Shown: in pieces, positions 39,127-52,800 of the stretch
How the letters are laid out: each line of letters begins with the position of its first letter
Position numbering within the stretch: position 1 is the stretch's first letter
NCBI GenBank assembly: GCA_051362555.1
Contig: CM120641.1
Span: forward strand, 17,670,001-17,734,000
DNA length: 64,000 nt
Origin: Lingula anatina
Taxonomy: Eukaryota; Animalia; Brachiopoda
Direction of reading: 5' to 3'
Notes under the pieces: generated by a model
Told to the model about the DNA's origin: nothing
The model's database searches: none
What the model saw: the letters and a program-made list of their open reading frames with translations, nothing else
Made by a program: the position numbers and the translations under genes

Positions 39127-42100
39127 ATGAGTAGATTCAGCAGAGACAGAAGTCGATCAGAAAAATACAGTGGTGCTGCATCCGATGTTAGCGAAAGGGT
39201 GATCCTCAAAGGAAAAGTACACGTTTTGAATATTGAGAAACATAGCAAGCAGGTGAGTCTAAACTTAGTTCACTTCAGCGTCAGCTTATTACTATATTGC
39301 TTTTCCAGCTGTATGTCTGCGTCTAGTAGTCAGGGAGAAGTAAAAGTGGTATAAAGTGTTCAGCAATAGTACTGTCTAACCCTTCGTTTACCTATTGCTC
39401 CCCTTAAAGCCTGATTTTTAAAGTAAATTCATATATGTGTGTGCCTTTCATTTTTGTTTAGATAAACAGATTTTGGAGGGAAGGCGGGGGGGAGGGGGGG
39501 GACAAAAGCTGGCCAGTGCTGTCTGTTGTTTGATCAGTTTGACAAGATCTTTTTTCAATGGGGGATATTCTTTAAACAGTTTTTAATTCACTTTGATTTT
39601 ATATAAATAAATGATGAATTGTTTCGTGGTTCAGCACAATTGCTTTTAACAGAGCTATTATAATCAAGTTCAATAAAACAGGTCTTTGATTTTTATCTCT
39701 GTGGTCATTATATAGAACTAGGATCATATGAAAAGTAGAATTATTTATTTATTTATCTTCTAGTATTTATTAGTATTTATATGTTTTTGGCGATAAATAA
39801 CCCTTGGTAATGTTTGTGTTAGCTTGTAAAATTGCATGCATTTTTCAATGATTAGTAACAGAGCTATTGTTAAATTAACTGAAGAGGCCAACATCATTTC
39901 AAGCAGCTAGCTTTGATTACCTTTTAAAACTATGCATAGTTTTTTAAGGTAATATGTGTTTATATGTTTGCAAAATCACAGTGTATCTAGTTTGGCTTCT
40001 ACACATTCACAGACTGAGGTAAGAATTTAATTGTATAAGCGTATTCATGTATTGGTTATACCTGGATTACACAAGTATTAATTTCAAACCTGTCTTTGTT
40101 ACAAAGAAAGCCATATGTTGGAGGAAAACTAAAACATTGTTCATTTTATTGATTTTTCTTTTTACCTTTATCTGCACAGCAGCTGTTATGAGATCTGCTG
40201 TGTTAACAAGTCATGTAAAGCATTGTTAACATTAGTGCATATACACAGAATTTAAATTTAAAATTGATATGTATTTTTCCAACTGCTTTGCCTTGTTTTC
40301 ATTGCTGTCAATTAACCTTTTAAAAGGCAATTTGAATGTGGTTTGACACCACAGAGAGGGATGTGTATTTTCAGAAAGAAATGAACGTAAGAATCAATAT
40401 GTGATTAAGCCATCAAATGAAACAGAAATTTCTGTGTCAGTTTCATTTGAAGGCTCAATTACATGAAACTAAATTTTAGATTTGCTATTTGAATTTATAT
40501 TTTCAACATGATTTTAGTAGTAATAAAGGAATATGATTTAAGAATAGTAATTTGAATTAAAATAGAAAAAATAAATAAATAGGTTCTTGACCCAGGGTTA
40601 TGTTTGAAGATATTTGATGTCATATGTTAACATCATCACATACAGGTTACTCACCATTGGCAATTTCAACATTATGGATTAATAGTTTTTTTAAAGACAT
40701 TTTGTTTGGTAAGCAGACATTTTCAACTATAGATCTGTAGTGTATTCACACTTAATAAGTTCTATATAATTCACTTTTTACATGATGAACTTGCACAAGA
40801 CTTTCCAGCCACACATAAACTGTATGATGCACAAATTATACACATACAAGTTTTACCACATACCTTCGTCCAGTATGGATTTTCTTTGCATAAGTTAATG
40901 TAAAGGTTCTAAGAAAAATGGGATTATTGATTTAATTACCCCCATCTACACATCAGTTGATGGAACACAGGTGAGGTAAACAATTAAAGCAGGTATCATA
41001 GTCACAGGTGGTATCCACCTGTCAGAAAGAACTGTTTTATATATAAAGTAAAGTGTGTGTGTGTGTTTTACTTCCCTAAGCAGTGAATTCTACACTTTGA
41101 ACCTTTGTATATGTATGTAATAATGAGCTAATTAAGCCTCATAAAAATCGAAGACTGCTTAGTTGTGGCTTATGATGATCAATTAGTATGTCACAAAAAA
41201 AACAGCCAGGCTTTAAACAATATAAAAGCGCATAATTGCAACTAAGCCTAGGCAGTTTCAGTAGTATTGAAACAGTTGCCTCAACTTGTCTGTTTGCCTG
41301 TTGAGCCTAGAGCAAATTTACTTATGTGTGATTTGCATTATCATATACCCCTCAGTATGGCTGTTTCTTAATTAGAAGATATGGCACGTCATCTAGGTAA
41401 AGAAAATGATAAATCACATGTAATTAAGACCTAGTGTTATACATATGGTCAGGTATTTATTTCAGAACTATATTGCCATTTCAGGTTGTGTGTAATGTTT
41501 TTCTGTTGCTAGAAACTTGGTCATTGCTATCTGAAATCATTGGTCCATATTTACTTGAGACTTTATGTTTAATCAGCAGGATGGCCCTAGCCATCTTTCA
41601 TACTGTAAAATGTTAATATTATAGTAGCTAGCACTTTGTTGACAGTTGCAATCACTTATGGTTATTAGTTGATTTCTGGCTTGATTGCACTCAATTTGAT
41701 AGCTCAAATGCAAACAGAGTTTCCATTACTTTCTAATCATGCTTTTAGAAATTCTATTAGTCATAGTTTTGATATCACTGACTGATTTCATAGTGGGCGA
41801 ATAATGTCACCCATTGGCAATAATCTAAAGAGCAGTATGTTTCCAGAGCATTGTCTGATGATGTGATCAATAGTAATTGCATAGAGATAATAGAAAATGT
41901 TGTGCACTGGCCAACGTGCACTAACTCAATGGCAGTCAGTGGTGTTATGGTGACCAGATACAGTTTCCAGTTAATTAGTTTGGTTGACATATGGAACCAA
42001 CAAAGACAAATTTTTTTTTGTTCTTTTCTTTTTTTCAAACAATGAGTAATACGTGCTAACAGCAGCGTCCACTACAGTGCCCATAGAATATTGCTAGACC

Positions 42101-45100
42101 ACAAATTGCTGAAAATATTATCGTCCATGTAAAAGGATGACTACCTCTCTGCAAATGTGTCTGAACACAGATACAGTATCTCTCCTAAAAATTGTTCCCT
42201 GAAAATAAATCAGTCTTTAGACTGTTGCCGTCAGCTCAGATTACAGAAGGCCATTAATAAGTCACTCAGTGTTAGATAGATTAATGGTGGCTGGCCTAAC
42301 TTACTGTTAATTCATCTCCCTTGATCCATATCTGATTGTATCAGTTCACTCTGAATCAATCTAGAATCATGTTTTAGTAAGTGGTTACCATATGGCACAT
42401 GCAAAATTCTTGATCATGTAACAATGTTATATCATATCACATCACATCACATCATATTGTACAAAATCATATAATGTATGCACCAGTACAGGAGTACATT
42501 GAATCAAATGAAATAACAGTAATGCAATTATTTGTCATATGGCAAGAATGGAAAATTCTGTATTTATATTTACCTGGACATAATACTAGTAATTCATTTT
42601 CAAATGTAATCTTTTTGTTTGTTCATTTATTGATTGTTTCATTTAAATTTTTTCCATTTAAATTTTTTTTTTTTGTAATAGCTTGATTTATCATTGTTTT
42701 TTTTTTTTTGTTGTTGTTGTTGTTGAATGGTTAACCCCCCCCCCCCCCCCCAAACACTCACAATTGTACAGAAAGATTATATTAATGGGAGAGCATGGAT
42801 GCAGTTCAATTAAGGTACTCGGGGACTAATGCATCTGAGGAATTTAATCAAAGCCATTAAGCCCGAAGCTGTAGTCTGGGGAATGTTTCATTATTTATTA
42901 ATGCTGTGTGGAGTGCTGCTTCTACATTATTCAATAAAGCCTGATGTTCATGTTATGTATTGAATAGTAGGGGATTCTAGAAGCTTTCAGTTTGTTTTAC
43001 TGAATGTAGGTCTTTGTCTTTGGAAAATCTGTTATATTCTGTGCAAATTCATATTATTTCATCACATAGTTGCAGCAGGCCCTGGTTCATTAGCAGTGTG
43101 CATGTGGGCCTAACTATGTTAAAATCCTCATAATTACTGTTTTAAGGTTGCCAACAGTGACTAGAATGATACATTTATTCTGGAAAAAAAACTTGTTAGC
43201 TTTACCATTGGAAAGTGTATATTTACCAGTTTTATTGATTGATTTTCATTTATATTTTTAAATTGTCTTCAATGAAAATACACGCATATATATATATATA
43301 AGAAAGCATGTCCTTATTGGATAGGGAAACATAATTAGACATTATTGTAGTCCATCTTTTATACTGTACCCCACCTTGGCACTTGTGATTCTACATGTTG
43401 AATCTCCTTTGCTCAGTTTTAACTTATTTCATACCATGCTGGGAAACTGCTTTTAACTCATATGTAAAAACAGACTTCTATTCTTGTTTCCTTCAGGCCA
43501 AACATGGAAGTTCAAACAAAAAGGAATACAATGTATTTCAACAAAATAAAACCTCTGATGTACTGAATGTACATTGTGTGTTTGAGTGTGCAGTGTTTAA
43601 AGTGGTTATTTATACAAATTCTATGACACTTCAGGTGGTGGGGGGGGGGGGAGCTTAATCCATGTATTTGAGGTTTTTGTGTTTAATTAAACAAAAATAG
43701 AATAAACTGTTGCATAAAATCTTCAAATTTTGAATCAAACAGTCCATGTAATAGGGAGTAATTTGATATGAAAGAAACTAAATGAAAAGAAGTCATTAAA
43801 GAGAATTTTGTGATATGTATTTGGTAATGCTTTTGTGTTTTTTTTGTTTTTTTTTTTTTTTTTTTTGTTTTTTTTTATGAGAACTGTTGTATTATGATTT
43901 TTTAACTCCCCCTCTCCTCCCCTTAAACCAGTATTACATACATCCAATTGCTCCTATGCCCAAGTAATTTATTTTCACTAAATGAATCATACTTTCTGAA
44001 CACTCACTATTTAATGCAGGCCCATAGCCAGCAATTTCAAAAGGGGGGTTCTTTTTCTGAAAAAGTGGACCTTTTCCCATAAAAACTTCATGTACCTAGA
44101 TCAAATTTTACCCAGAGTGGGCCTTTTCCCAGCAAAAGGGCCGGTTCTTTCAAACCCCCTGAACCTCCCCTGGCTACGGGCCTGTAATGCATTGATAAAC
44201 ATAACAATTCTATTCTGATTTCATTTTTTTTCTTTCAGAGATATGTGGTTTTTGGTGCTTACATGAGATCCAATGATGAAACGACTAAAGGTAAATACTC
44301 AGTGTAGATTTACCATTTCATTGTATATATTCCATAACTATAGTTTAGATTTAACATTTTCAGTGTAAACTTCACAACTGTAGTGTAGATTTAGCATATA
44401 AGTATTACCTAGTATATCCTTGTTTCCCGGACCTAAAAGAAACTACCCTGTGGTTTGTGATGAGGAAATACATATAATATAATAATATAATATGTTTTGA
44501 ATCTGCATAAAGATTGAAATCTTTATTACAAGGTAATTGTGGGAGGAGGATTTTCTGAACCAAATATGAATTGCAGTATTTATAAGGTCAAACAGTGTAC
44601 AGTATATATTTTTCAAAGTATGACACAGTTTTAGCATGAATATTTTACAGATCTGAGATGGATAAAATTATGGCAGAAGAGTAACTTAGACATCCATTAT
44701 GCTTCATGCAAAATTGATAACCAGATTTACCAATATGTTATTACTTGCTAGTGAAGTGTCCCCTTGGGATAAAGCTAATTTGCTTTATCTAATGCGAAAT
44801 TTGATGTCCTCTTCAGTCTTGCTTCTATAGCTAACTGCTTCCAACAAGGTTCAGCATCATAATCAACATTGGTGGTTGTCACAAAGAAATAGTTAGCAAT
44901 AAATTCATTATTGTGAACTTAAGATACTATATTATGTTATGTCTGTTAAAAAGTTTTTATTATGATGGCTGCTAAGAGTGTGTGGTAAAGGTATATTTTG
45001 AAGAATATAGATTATGTTACGTCTGACTGATTCATTTCATAAAAGTGAGTTGTTCCTCCTAGCAGTTCACTTTATTCTGATGATAGGTGTCTCAAGTGAG

Positions 45101-46430
45101 AGAAAGGTTTGTTTTTTATTTATTTTTATCAAACTGTTAATTGCTTATAAATCCTTCTCAACATCTAGACCTCCACTAATTGTTTATTGACAGAAGTGAC
45201 ATGTAACAAATGGTTAAAAAATATTATCTAAAGACTTTATCTCTAATAAATAGGCCATACCTATGTTAACAAGATCAACCCTTCGTAAATATCTTGGTAA
45301 GCGTATTGGCCCTCTATAGTAACCAGCAACTGTTGTTGAAATGGTCATCAAAACTGCTAGTATTACTCTTCTGTTTGAGATTGGAGTAGAAAGAAAACAA
45401 ATAGATTGATAATTTGGCCTTAAAAAGCTGTTCTTTATTAATAATGGGATATAAGGACATTTACATGATAAAAAATATAAATGGTAAAAATGATTAGGAA
45501 AAAAAAACAACTGTTGTTAGCTTTTATTTAACTGTCATACTGATATAGTGCTGCAGCATGATAATCTACCTATGTCTGCCGTGCAATGCCAAATCCCCAT
45601 GATAAGACTGAATTATCTTGCCAAATCCAATTATAGGTATTTCTATCAACTGCAAATTGAATTATCTAGGATAGATGTTTTCATGCTGCTTAACCGTTTT
45701 GAAATAGAACATGTTAGCAGAAGTTTGATTTTTAAACCTGAAACCTTATACTTATATACAAAGTGCTAATATTTCTTGCGACATGCCTCATACTAATATA
45801 AATGTGCAAAGGATTATTTTTTCTTCTATGTCTCAGTGTACAGAAGGCCACTGCACTAGCTAACAGCTGACTAAGGCAAAATCTCCATTATCAGTGGTTC
45901 ATTACCACAAAGTAAAAAGGAAATAGATAATCAGTGGTCAGGATGGTAGTTTGAAAGGACTATCACATCTGCTCAAATTCATGTTCTAATGAAAATAATG
46001 GAAACCATACAGCTATCTTGTTTTAGGAACAAAATTGAAAAGAAAACCCTCATATGCTCAATCTCAAGAAATTGAACACTTTCAAGGCACAACTTCTTTC
46101 ATATTCTTAGATCTAAATTGTAGGAACCAATACTCTTTATCAGCAGGCCTTCGATGGTAATATTTCATTTATATAAATATGATTTATTTAACATGAATAT
46201 GTCAGTATGGACATTAATTTTAAAATGTGTCCTAAGGAGCACTAACATTAAAAGTCAGTCATTTCCAGTTGAGCTGATATTTTTGTGATTCCTCTATGTT
46301 GATAAAATGAAGATTTTTCAAGAAAGCTATTTTGGACATACCCAGTATGATCTCTTTCCTGGATCTCTAAATGGTACTCAATTATTTAAAACCGTATCCC
46401 ATTAAAAAATCTTTTGTTAGTGGAATGTTC

Positions 46431-46498
<68 letters not shown>

Positions 46499-49400
46499 AC
46501 CCTGCACCTTGAAAGTGGTATGATTGCAATATGAATATATAAATGTATTTTCCTCATATACTTTCAGAGCATTATTTTCTCAAGTTGTTCAAGGATGAAA
46601 AGGAAGTCATCTGTAAGGGAATTTATGAATTTACCGCTGACCAATTCTGTGGAACAGAGTTGGGGAGTTTAGAGACGCAAAAATCTTTTGTAACCGTCAT
46701 GTTTTCTAAACACAAGGATGCCTACTTAGCTCTGTTTCTAGAGGATGATACTGTGATTTTTAAAGTTCGTGAGAGTGACCAACAAGCCAAGAAACTGCTG
46801 GATGACTGGAAAACAAGAATCGAAAATGAATTCAAATTAAGTGAGTTATTGCATTTTTTCCCACCTACGTGCATTTCTTATTTGTTTTACTTCATAATGG
46901 TAGATATTAGTATTAACACATAGCACACATTAAAATTGAATGGGATTTTGCTGTATTTGTTTTCCTTTCTGTGTTCTTCTGACCTTCATTGTCTGTATCA
47001 GTATATAATCTCGTCAAACCTTTATAATGTGATATTGATTAAGAACAGGATGGTCCTTATGATTTGTTACTTTAATTAGTTGTCTTTTTTATCTGTTATA
47101 AGTTCATTGGTGTTTGTTGTATTGATTTTCATTTGTAAAATCATGAATTATTTTACAAATATTTTTTAAATTATTATTTTTCTTTTGATTAATTGCCATT
47201 TATCATGATAAATTACCAGCACACCTTTTAAAATAAGTATAATTTAAGAATACAGGAATGTGTGTAGCATGATTTTTAATAAAAAGAATGAGCTTTGTTT
47301 GATTAAAGGGATAATAACTCTTCATTTTGGCCAAAAAATGAATTTTCCTGGAGTAAACAACAATTTTCCCATAATTACCAATGGTTAATCCATTTTTACA
47401 TTCAAAGTTAGTCCCTGGTTTTTTTCTCAAAAGTTTGGTTTTTTGTTAAAATCTCTTAAGAGATTATAACAGAGTATAGCCATCAATGGGGTCATGTGGT
47501 CTAAAGACAAGCTCAGATATCAGAATAATAGCTATAACTGCCATTTTTGTGGTAAAACAGAATATATTATATTTCTATGAGTTACTCACAATGTTTTTAT
47601 TGTGAAAGATAGATCTCATACGAAGAGTTATTATCCCTTTAAATTCAAATTATTAAAAGAAAAGTGCACAAGAATTTGTGTCAAAAATCAAAAATTTGTG
47701 ACAGATACATTGTTTCTCTTGAATAATAAGGCCACATTCGTATCGTGTTGAGCCATGGCTCTACAAAGCCACGACCTAAATATGGCGGACGTTCATGAAA
47801 AGAAAAACGCCTAATCATGTCAGCCGCATTTGTTGTAAAAAAAAAGACGAAATACAACATCAGTTACAGGATGGCAACAGTAAGAGAAAAACTGAAAAAT
47901 TCATATACAATCATGTTTATGGTGTCAGACAGCAGTCCCATGTAATATAATTTTGATTGCTTGGAAACAGTATATGTGACATTTCATTTCTAGCAAAAAT
48001 ATATAATTATGTATGTACATATATTTTTTTTAATTTTCAAGCACAGGGTTATCACCAAATAGGATGTGGTATGGCTTTGAGATGCACTAGTAATGAAAGC
48101 CAGTTTAATATGGGAAATTAAAAACCATGTATATCCCCAAAACAATCATTTAAGGTTATGTCATTGGTAAGATTCGGCCCATTTTCGATCAGAAATACCT
48201 ACAGTAATTAATCTTTTTGTTTCAGAGGAGCACTGGATCATAACTGCTCTGGAGGGCAATGGTTTGCCACATGATAAGGTCACTCTACACATCACAGAGC
48301 GTTCCGTCAGCATAACTCTGATCAACCCGCCTCATTGTCTTCGTCGCTGGGACCTTAACAAATGTATTAATGTGAGCCACCATAAAGACATCCTAGAAAT
48401 AGAAGTCAGTGACCCACTTGCAGAGAAGGATGTCAATAGACCAGGCAAGTTTCTTATGTATTTTTATGTGATTGTTGATATAGTGAAGTGTTACAGATAC
48501 CATTGTGAAAGTTTCTAAGGCACTTTTTTTATTTGCAGGTGTTTACAAATTTAGAACAAAAAGATCTCACCTGATTGCCCCTAAGATAGAATCCTCTAGA
48601 ATTCTCTACACAAAGAGACTTCGTTCAAGGTCTGTACATGTATCAAGTAGAGCCCCGCCTTCTTTTCCCCAACACAAGGGTGCTAGCTCGCCATCAGCTT
48701 CCAGCCACTCTTCCTGTAGCCCTACTATTACACCTGAGAAGAAAAGACCTCTACCGCCAGTCCCACCTTTGGTAGAGGAAGAAGAAGCCGCCACTACCTA
48801 TATACCTTTACCTTTACATGCAGTCCCCCCTGTTAGTGGTGGGGTAGCAAGATCAGCATCAGTGGGTGACCTGGTACAGGAACGTGGTCTTAGTGCAATG
48901 AAAAACAAAGCTGGATTGAATCGTTGTGGAAGTTTTAATGACTTGGCAGAATTGGCTACTATGTATAGAGCATTCCATTTGGGCAGTAGACATCCTTTAA
49001 AAAGTATGAACGACCTTGGTCAGTCACTGAAATCTGAAAGCTCAGTGACAACTATGGGAAGGAAAAGATTAATGGCAAAATTGTGGAGTATACTTCGTCA
49101 CATCCAGGAAGAAGATATCTATTGGTGCATGAAGCACAGGTGAGATAGGACATGCTTTAGAGGTGATTAGTGAACACAAATGAACAATGTAATATATAAA
49201 TATATATTTAGGTTTTTAATTAGCTTTGTTGCTTTAATGAAAAACCAGTAACAATGTGATGTACTGTTAACTACACTAAACCTATTATCCCCAGTATGGG
49301 GGTTTACTCTTGATATTTTCACCAAACAGCAGATATATGATTGAACCTTGTTTATGAATTAGTCTTTTAAATCCCTGTTGTTCATTTAACTTTTTTTAAT

Positions 49401-51847
49401 GATTCTAGAAATATGCAGAGGCCATGCTATGATGCTGACTACCTGAATACAGATGTAAGTAAGATGTAAAGGCCTTTAATTGTACTGCCAGAGCTGTTGT
49501 GGCCAAAAACTACCACAGCTACAACCCCATCAGCCCCACTGTTACAGCCAAGATGGAATCTTCTTATAACTATACTGAACAAAAATATAAACACACGAAA
49601 CTAAAAGGGTCAGATGAAATGGATAATCATGAAATATGCCCAAGTTTATGGTTTATTTGTGAATTGATGGATTTGTTTTGATCAAGTATAGTGGTCTGGT
49701 TTCACTTGGCCGCTCCCCGTGAGTATACTCAAAGGTTCAGTTTTTACACCCATAAGACTAATGGAGCATGACAGAGTGGAGGTCAATCTGCATGACCTAT
49801 ACAAAGACACTCCTTACAGTCTAGGCAATAAAAGGGCACACCAAAATGTGCATTTCTGTCACTTGTCAACATGCCACAGATGTCTGAAATCATGAGGGAT
49901 AGTGCCATCGGCATGCTCAATGCTGGCTTGTCGGTAACAGAAGTTGCAGCATGCCAGAATGTGCATCATTCCACTGTCAGCCATCTGAGAACACGCTTCA
50001 GAGACACCGTCAACCACTTGTTACCACACCCGATTTGTTGCCCATCGAACACATGTGGCATGTTCTGGATCAGCGTTTTTGCCATCATGGTCCAGCTCCC
50101 GAGAATATGTTTTCCAACTGCGAGTGGCACTTCAGGAGGAATGGGATAATGTCCCTCAGGCCACTATTGTCAACTTAGTGATGCCCATGTTCTGCTGGTG
50201 TAGTGCTTTGCACGAAGCTTATGGTGGCCTATTGTAGTGTCTGTGAACTCAGGATGTTGACCTTCATGGTGTATTTGATACCCTAACTCTTGGACTATGC
50301 ATTTAAACTTCCCATAATGCTCTCAAAGTGATGTCTGTTTGTTGAGGAAAATATGCTGTTATTGTTGGCTAAATACTCTAGTTCTATACATGAAAATAAA
50401 TCAAGATATTCTTTCGTGCGTTTATATTTTTGTTCAGTATACTTCTTCCAAATCAATTATCAGTGTTGTCAGTCCTCTTTAGGATGTCCATTACCCCCCC
50501 CCCCTCCTTTTTTTTTTTTCATCCGGTACTATTGAAAAGCTTGACATCAGGTGTATGGCTAAACCATAAAGTTAATGTATTTTCAACAGATAATTATTGA
50601 ACTTTGCTTATCAACTCAAGCTGCATTTGATTTCTGGTAAAAGAATTAATGTAAATTTTGATGTAATATTGTCATACAAGGACATATATTCATTCAAGGA
50701 CAGCGATTTGGAACATGATTTGGCTTAATGCCAAATTTCAATAATTTAATGATGTTTTTAAACTGCTATTTTTATTTCTTCACCTCAAACAAGTTGATAT
50801 GATTTTCTCAACCTTTTTTTCTAAAATTTTTTTTTAAATTTCCATATAAATTTATATTTTGGTTTCTTACCTATCAGATAAGCTACACATTAATGTGTGC
50901 TCTCCGAGGCAGCAAACCAAGAAAGAACATCTTGGGTCTATCAAGAGCCACTAGGGACAGACTGGTCTGCAAGCTACATGTGAAGGAAGGCTGGGAGATC
51001 CTTGCTGAGCACATAGGTAGGTAAAGCAAGACCACACTATATTTGTGGGACATGCACCTGAACTGTTTGTTCTTTTAAGATTTATTGAACATCTCAATGC
51101 CTTAAAAAGTCTAAGACCGCATTCTCAATGAATTGAGCCAGGCTTTACAAATCCTGGGGACTAAATATGGTGGACGTACATGAAAGAAAAAACGCCTAAT
51201 CGTTTAAGTCTCTCCACCTCTCACACGCCTCCCCATGTGTAGTCCCAATGGAGCAGAGATATAATGACTGTACCCCCGCAGGGATGACGCGTGGGGAGGC
51301 GTGTGAGAGGCGGAGAGACTTAAACGATTAGGCGGTTTTTCTTTCATGTACGTCCGCCATCTTTAGTCCCCAGGATTTGTAAAGCCTGGCTCAATTCGTT
51401 GTGAATGCGGTCTAAATTTCACGTGAGAACCTTGAGGTTCGGATCTGATGCATACCAGGTTCTTCATTTTCAAACTCATTACATAGGGGCACTTCCTAAA
51501 AAAGGGAAGCAACTGATCTGAAATTCAAGATACATACGTTGGAAGAGAAAGGTCAATTAAAAATCTTCTTAAGAATAATCTTGTTGATATTTTACTTTGT
51601 CCTTTTAACAGGAATGTCATATGAAGAGATGAATTTGGTAGAAGTTGTGTGCCGCTTCTACAATGTTGTAGTCGGAGATGTGATTCTTCAACACTGGCAA
51701 CTCCTGTCAGACAAATCCAAAGACTTTGAACCAAGCTGTACCAAGAAAAATCTAGTCAAATTTGTCAAAGACAAAATGCCAGAGAGGCAAGACATACTGA
51801 CAATCTTAGAAAATGACAAATCATTTCAGGAGACAGATTTCAGTTGA
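39127..51847 (+). CDS. DOK-like PH-PTB adaptor with C-terminal death domain, paralogue 1 (8 exons, about 563 aa)
   Basis: Exons 39127-39252, 44239-44290, 46568-46840, 48226-48444 (GC donor), 48539-49139, 49409-49454, 50878-51016 and 51612-51847 join in frame. PH-like (ILKGKV..RYVVF..LKLFKDEK..KGIYEF..LDDWKTRI), IRS-PTB-like (LRRWDL..LEIEV..GVYKFRT), KRPLPPVPP, TYIPL and death-domain-like (GWEILAEHIGMSYEEM..ILQHW..CTKKNL..ERQDILTIL). Confidence 0.8.
44017..44184. mobile_element. Small MITE with CAGG termini and a 5-bp TSD, copy 2 (a partial copy lies at about 34247-34390)
   Basis: CAGGCCCATAGCCAG...CTGGCTACGGGCCTG flanked by TAATG on both sides. Confidence 0.8.
46434..46496. repeat. (GT)n microsatellite
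   Basis: About 30 GT units. Confidence 0.95.
47307..47638. mobile_element. Kolobok-like MITE, family K1, copy 2
   Basis: TTAA|AGGGATAATAACTCTTC...GAAGAGTTATTATCCCT|TTAA. Confidence 0.85.
47730..47820. mobile_element. Fragment of the Harbinger MITE arm
   Basis: GTTGAGCC...CTAAATATGGCGGACGT.CATGAAA matches the 12867 arm. Confidence 0.6.
49573..50439 (+). mobile_element. Internally deleted Tc1/mariner transposon
   Basis: TA|TACTGAACAAAAATATAAAC...GTTTATATTTTTGTTCAGTA|TA. Transposase remnants: AIGMLNAGLSVTEVA (HTH), PDLLPIEHMWHVLDQR and QLRVALQEEWDNVPQATIVNLV. Confidence 0.9.
51115..51412. mobile_element. PIF/Harbinger MITE, copy 2 (short, nearly palindromic)
   Basis: TAA|GACCGCATTC...GAATGCGGTC|TAA; arms homologous to the 12867 element. 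Confidence 0.85.
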
Positions 51848-52466
51848 CCTTGAAGGTTGACTTAGTAAGTTAGTAATATGACTGGTGCCCTATATGAGAC
51901 CTGTTATCAGTTCAGCCGGCCTCAGACATCCCTGTATTAAGGTCTTTTGATTTTAGTATAACTGTTATTTGTCCATTTTATTGCCAAAAATGTTTTTTTT
52001 TTCAAGTATTTAAGATAATAAATCTACAGCAAATGTAAATGTGTATGTACCAGCATATATGTTTTGTCTGTTTTTTAACTTCCAGATGCACATGGCAGTC
52101 TGTTATTTACTACTGGTATTCATTTAGATATATTCAGGTTGACATAGCATAATGAAAAAAAAATGTTTTGTACCAATATTGGTCCTGTGAAAATGGTGTC
52201 AAAACAATACTGAAAGTCAAATATTTTTGCATAACAGTCTGTGCTAACCCTTAGTGCTGATTTTCATACATCAGTGACTTAAAATGTCTAGAGCAGAAAG
52301 CCCAACTTTGGGCGGGGTGGATTGAGGGCAGAGGGACATTTGCCCCCTCTCTCTTTCATTCTCCCCTACCCCCTCCAGGTTTTTGGATTAATAGTGTCCT
52401 ACTGTAGTCCTACAGTCCTACCTGCTGTTGGATTTCCAACAGCTGCCTCCCAAGCATCTGCTTTAA

Positions 52467-52800
52467 AGGGATAACTGTTCATTTTGGCCTAAAATTGAAT
52501 TTTCCTGGGGTAAAGGACAATTTTCCCATACATACAAATGGTATATGAATCCGTTCCCACATTAGTCCTTGGTTTTTTTCTAAAAAGTTGTTTTTTGTAA
52601 TAATCTCTTAAGAGATCTCAAGAGATTATTACAGAGTGTAGCCATCTATGGAGGTCACGTGATGTGATGTCAAGTACAAATTCCAAAATAATTGTGTTAA
52701 CTGCCATTTTGGGGGTAAAATAGAATTTTATGTATTTTGAAGAATTAATACAATGTATTTATTGTGAAATAAGGATATCATACGAATGGTTGTTATCCCC
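52467..52800. mobile_element. Kolobok-like MITE, family K1, copy 3 (in the predicted 3' UTR of paralogue 1)
   Basis: TTAA|AGGGATAAC...GTTATCCCC|TTAA, with internal homology to 47307. Confidence 0.75.
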
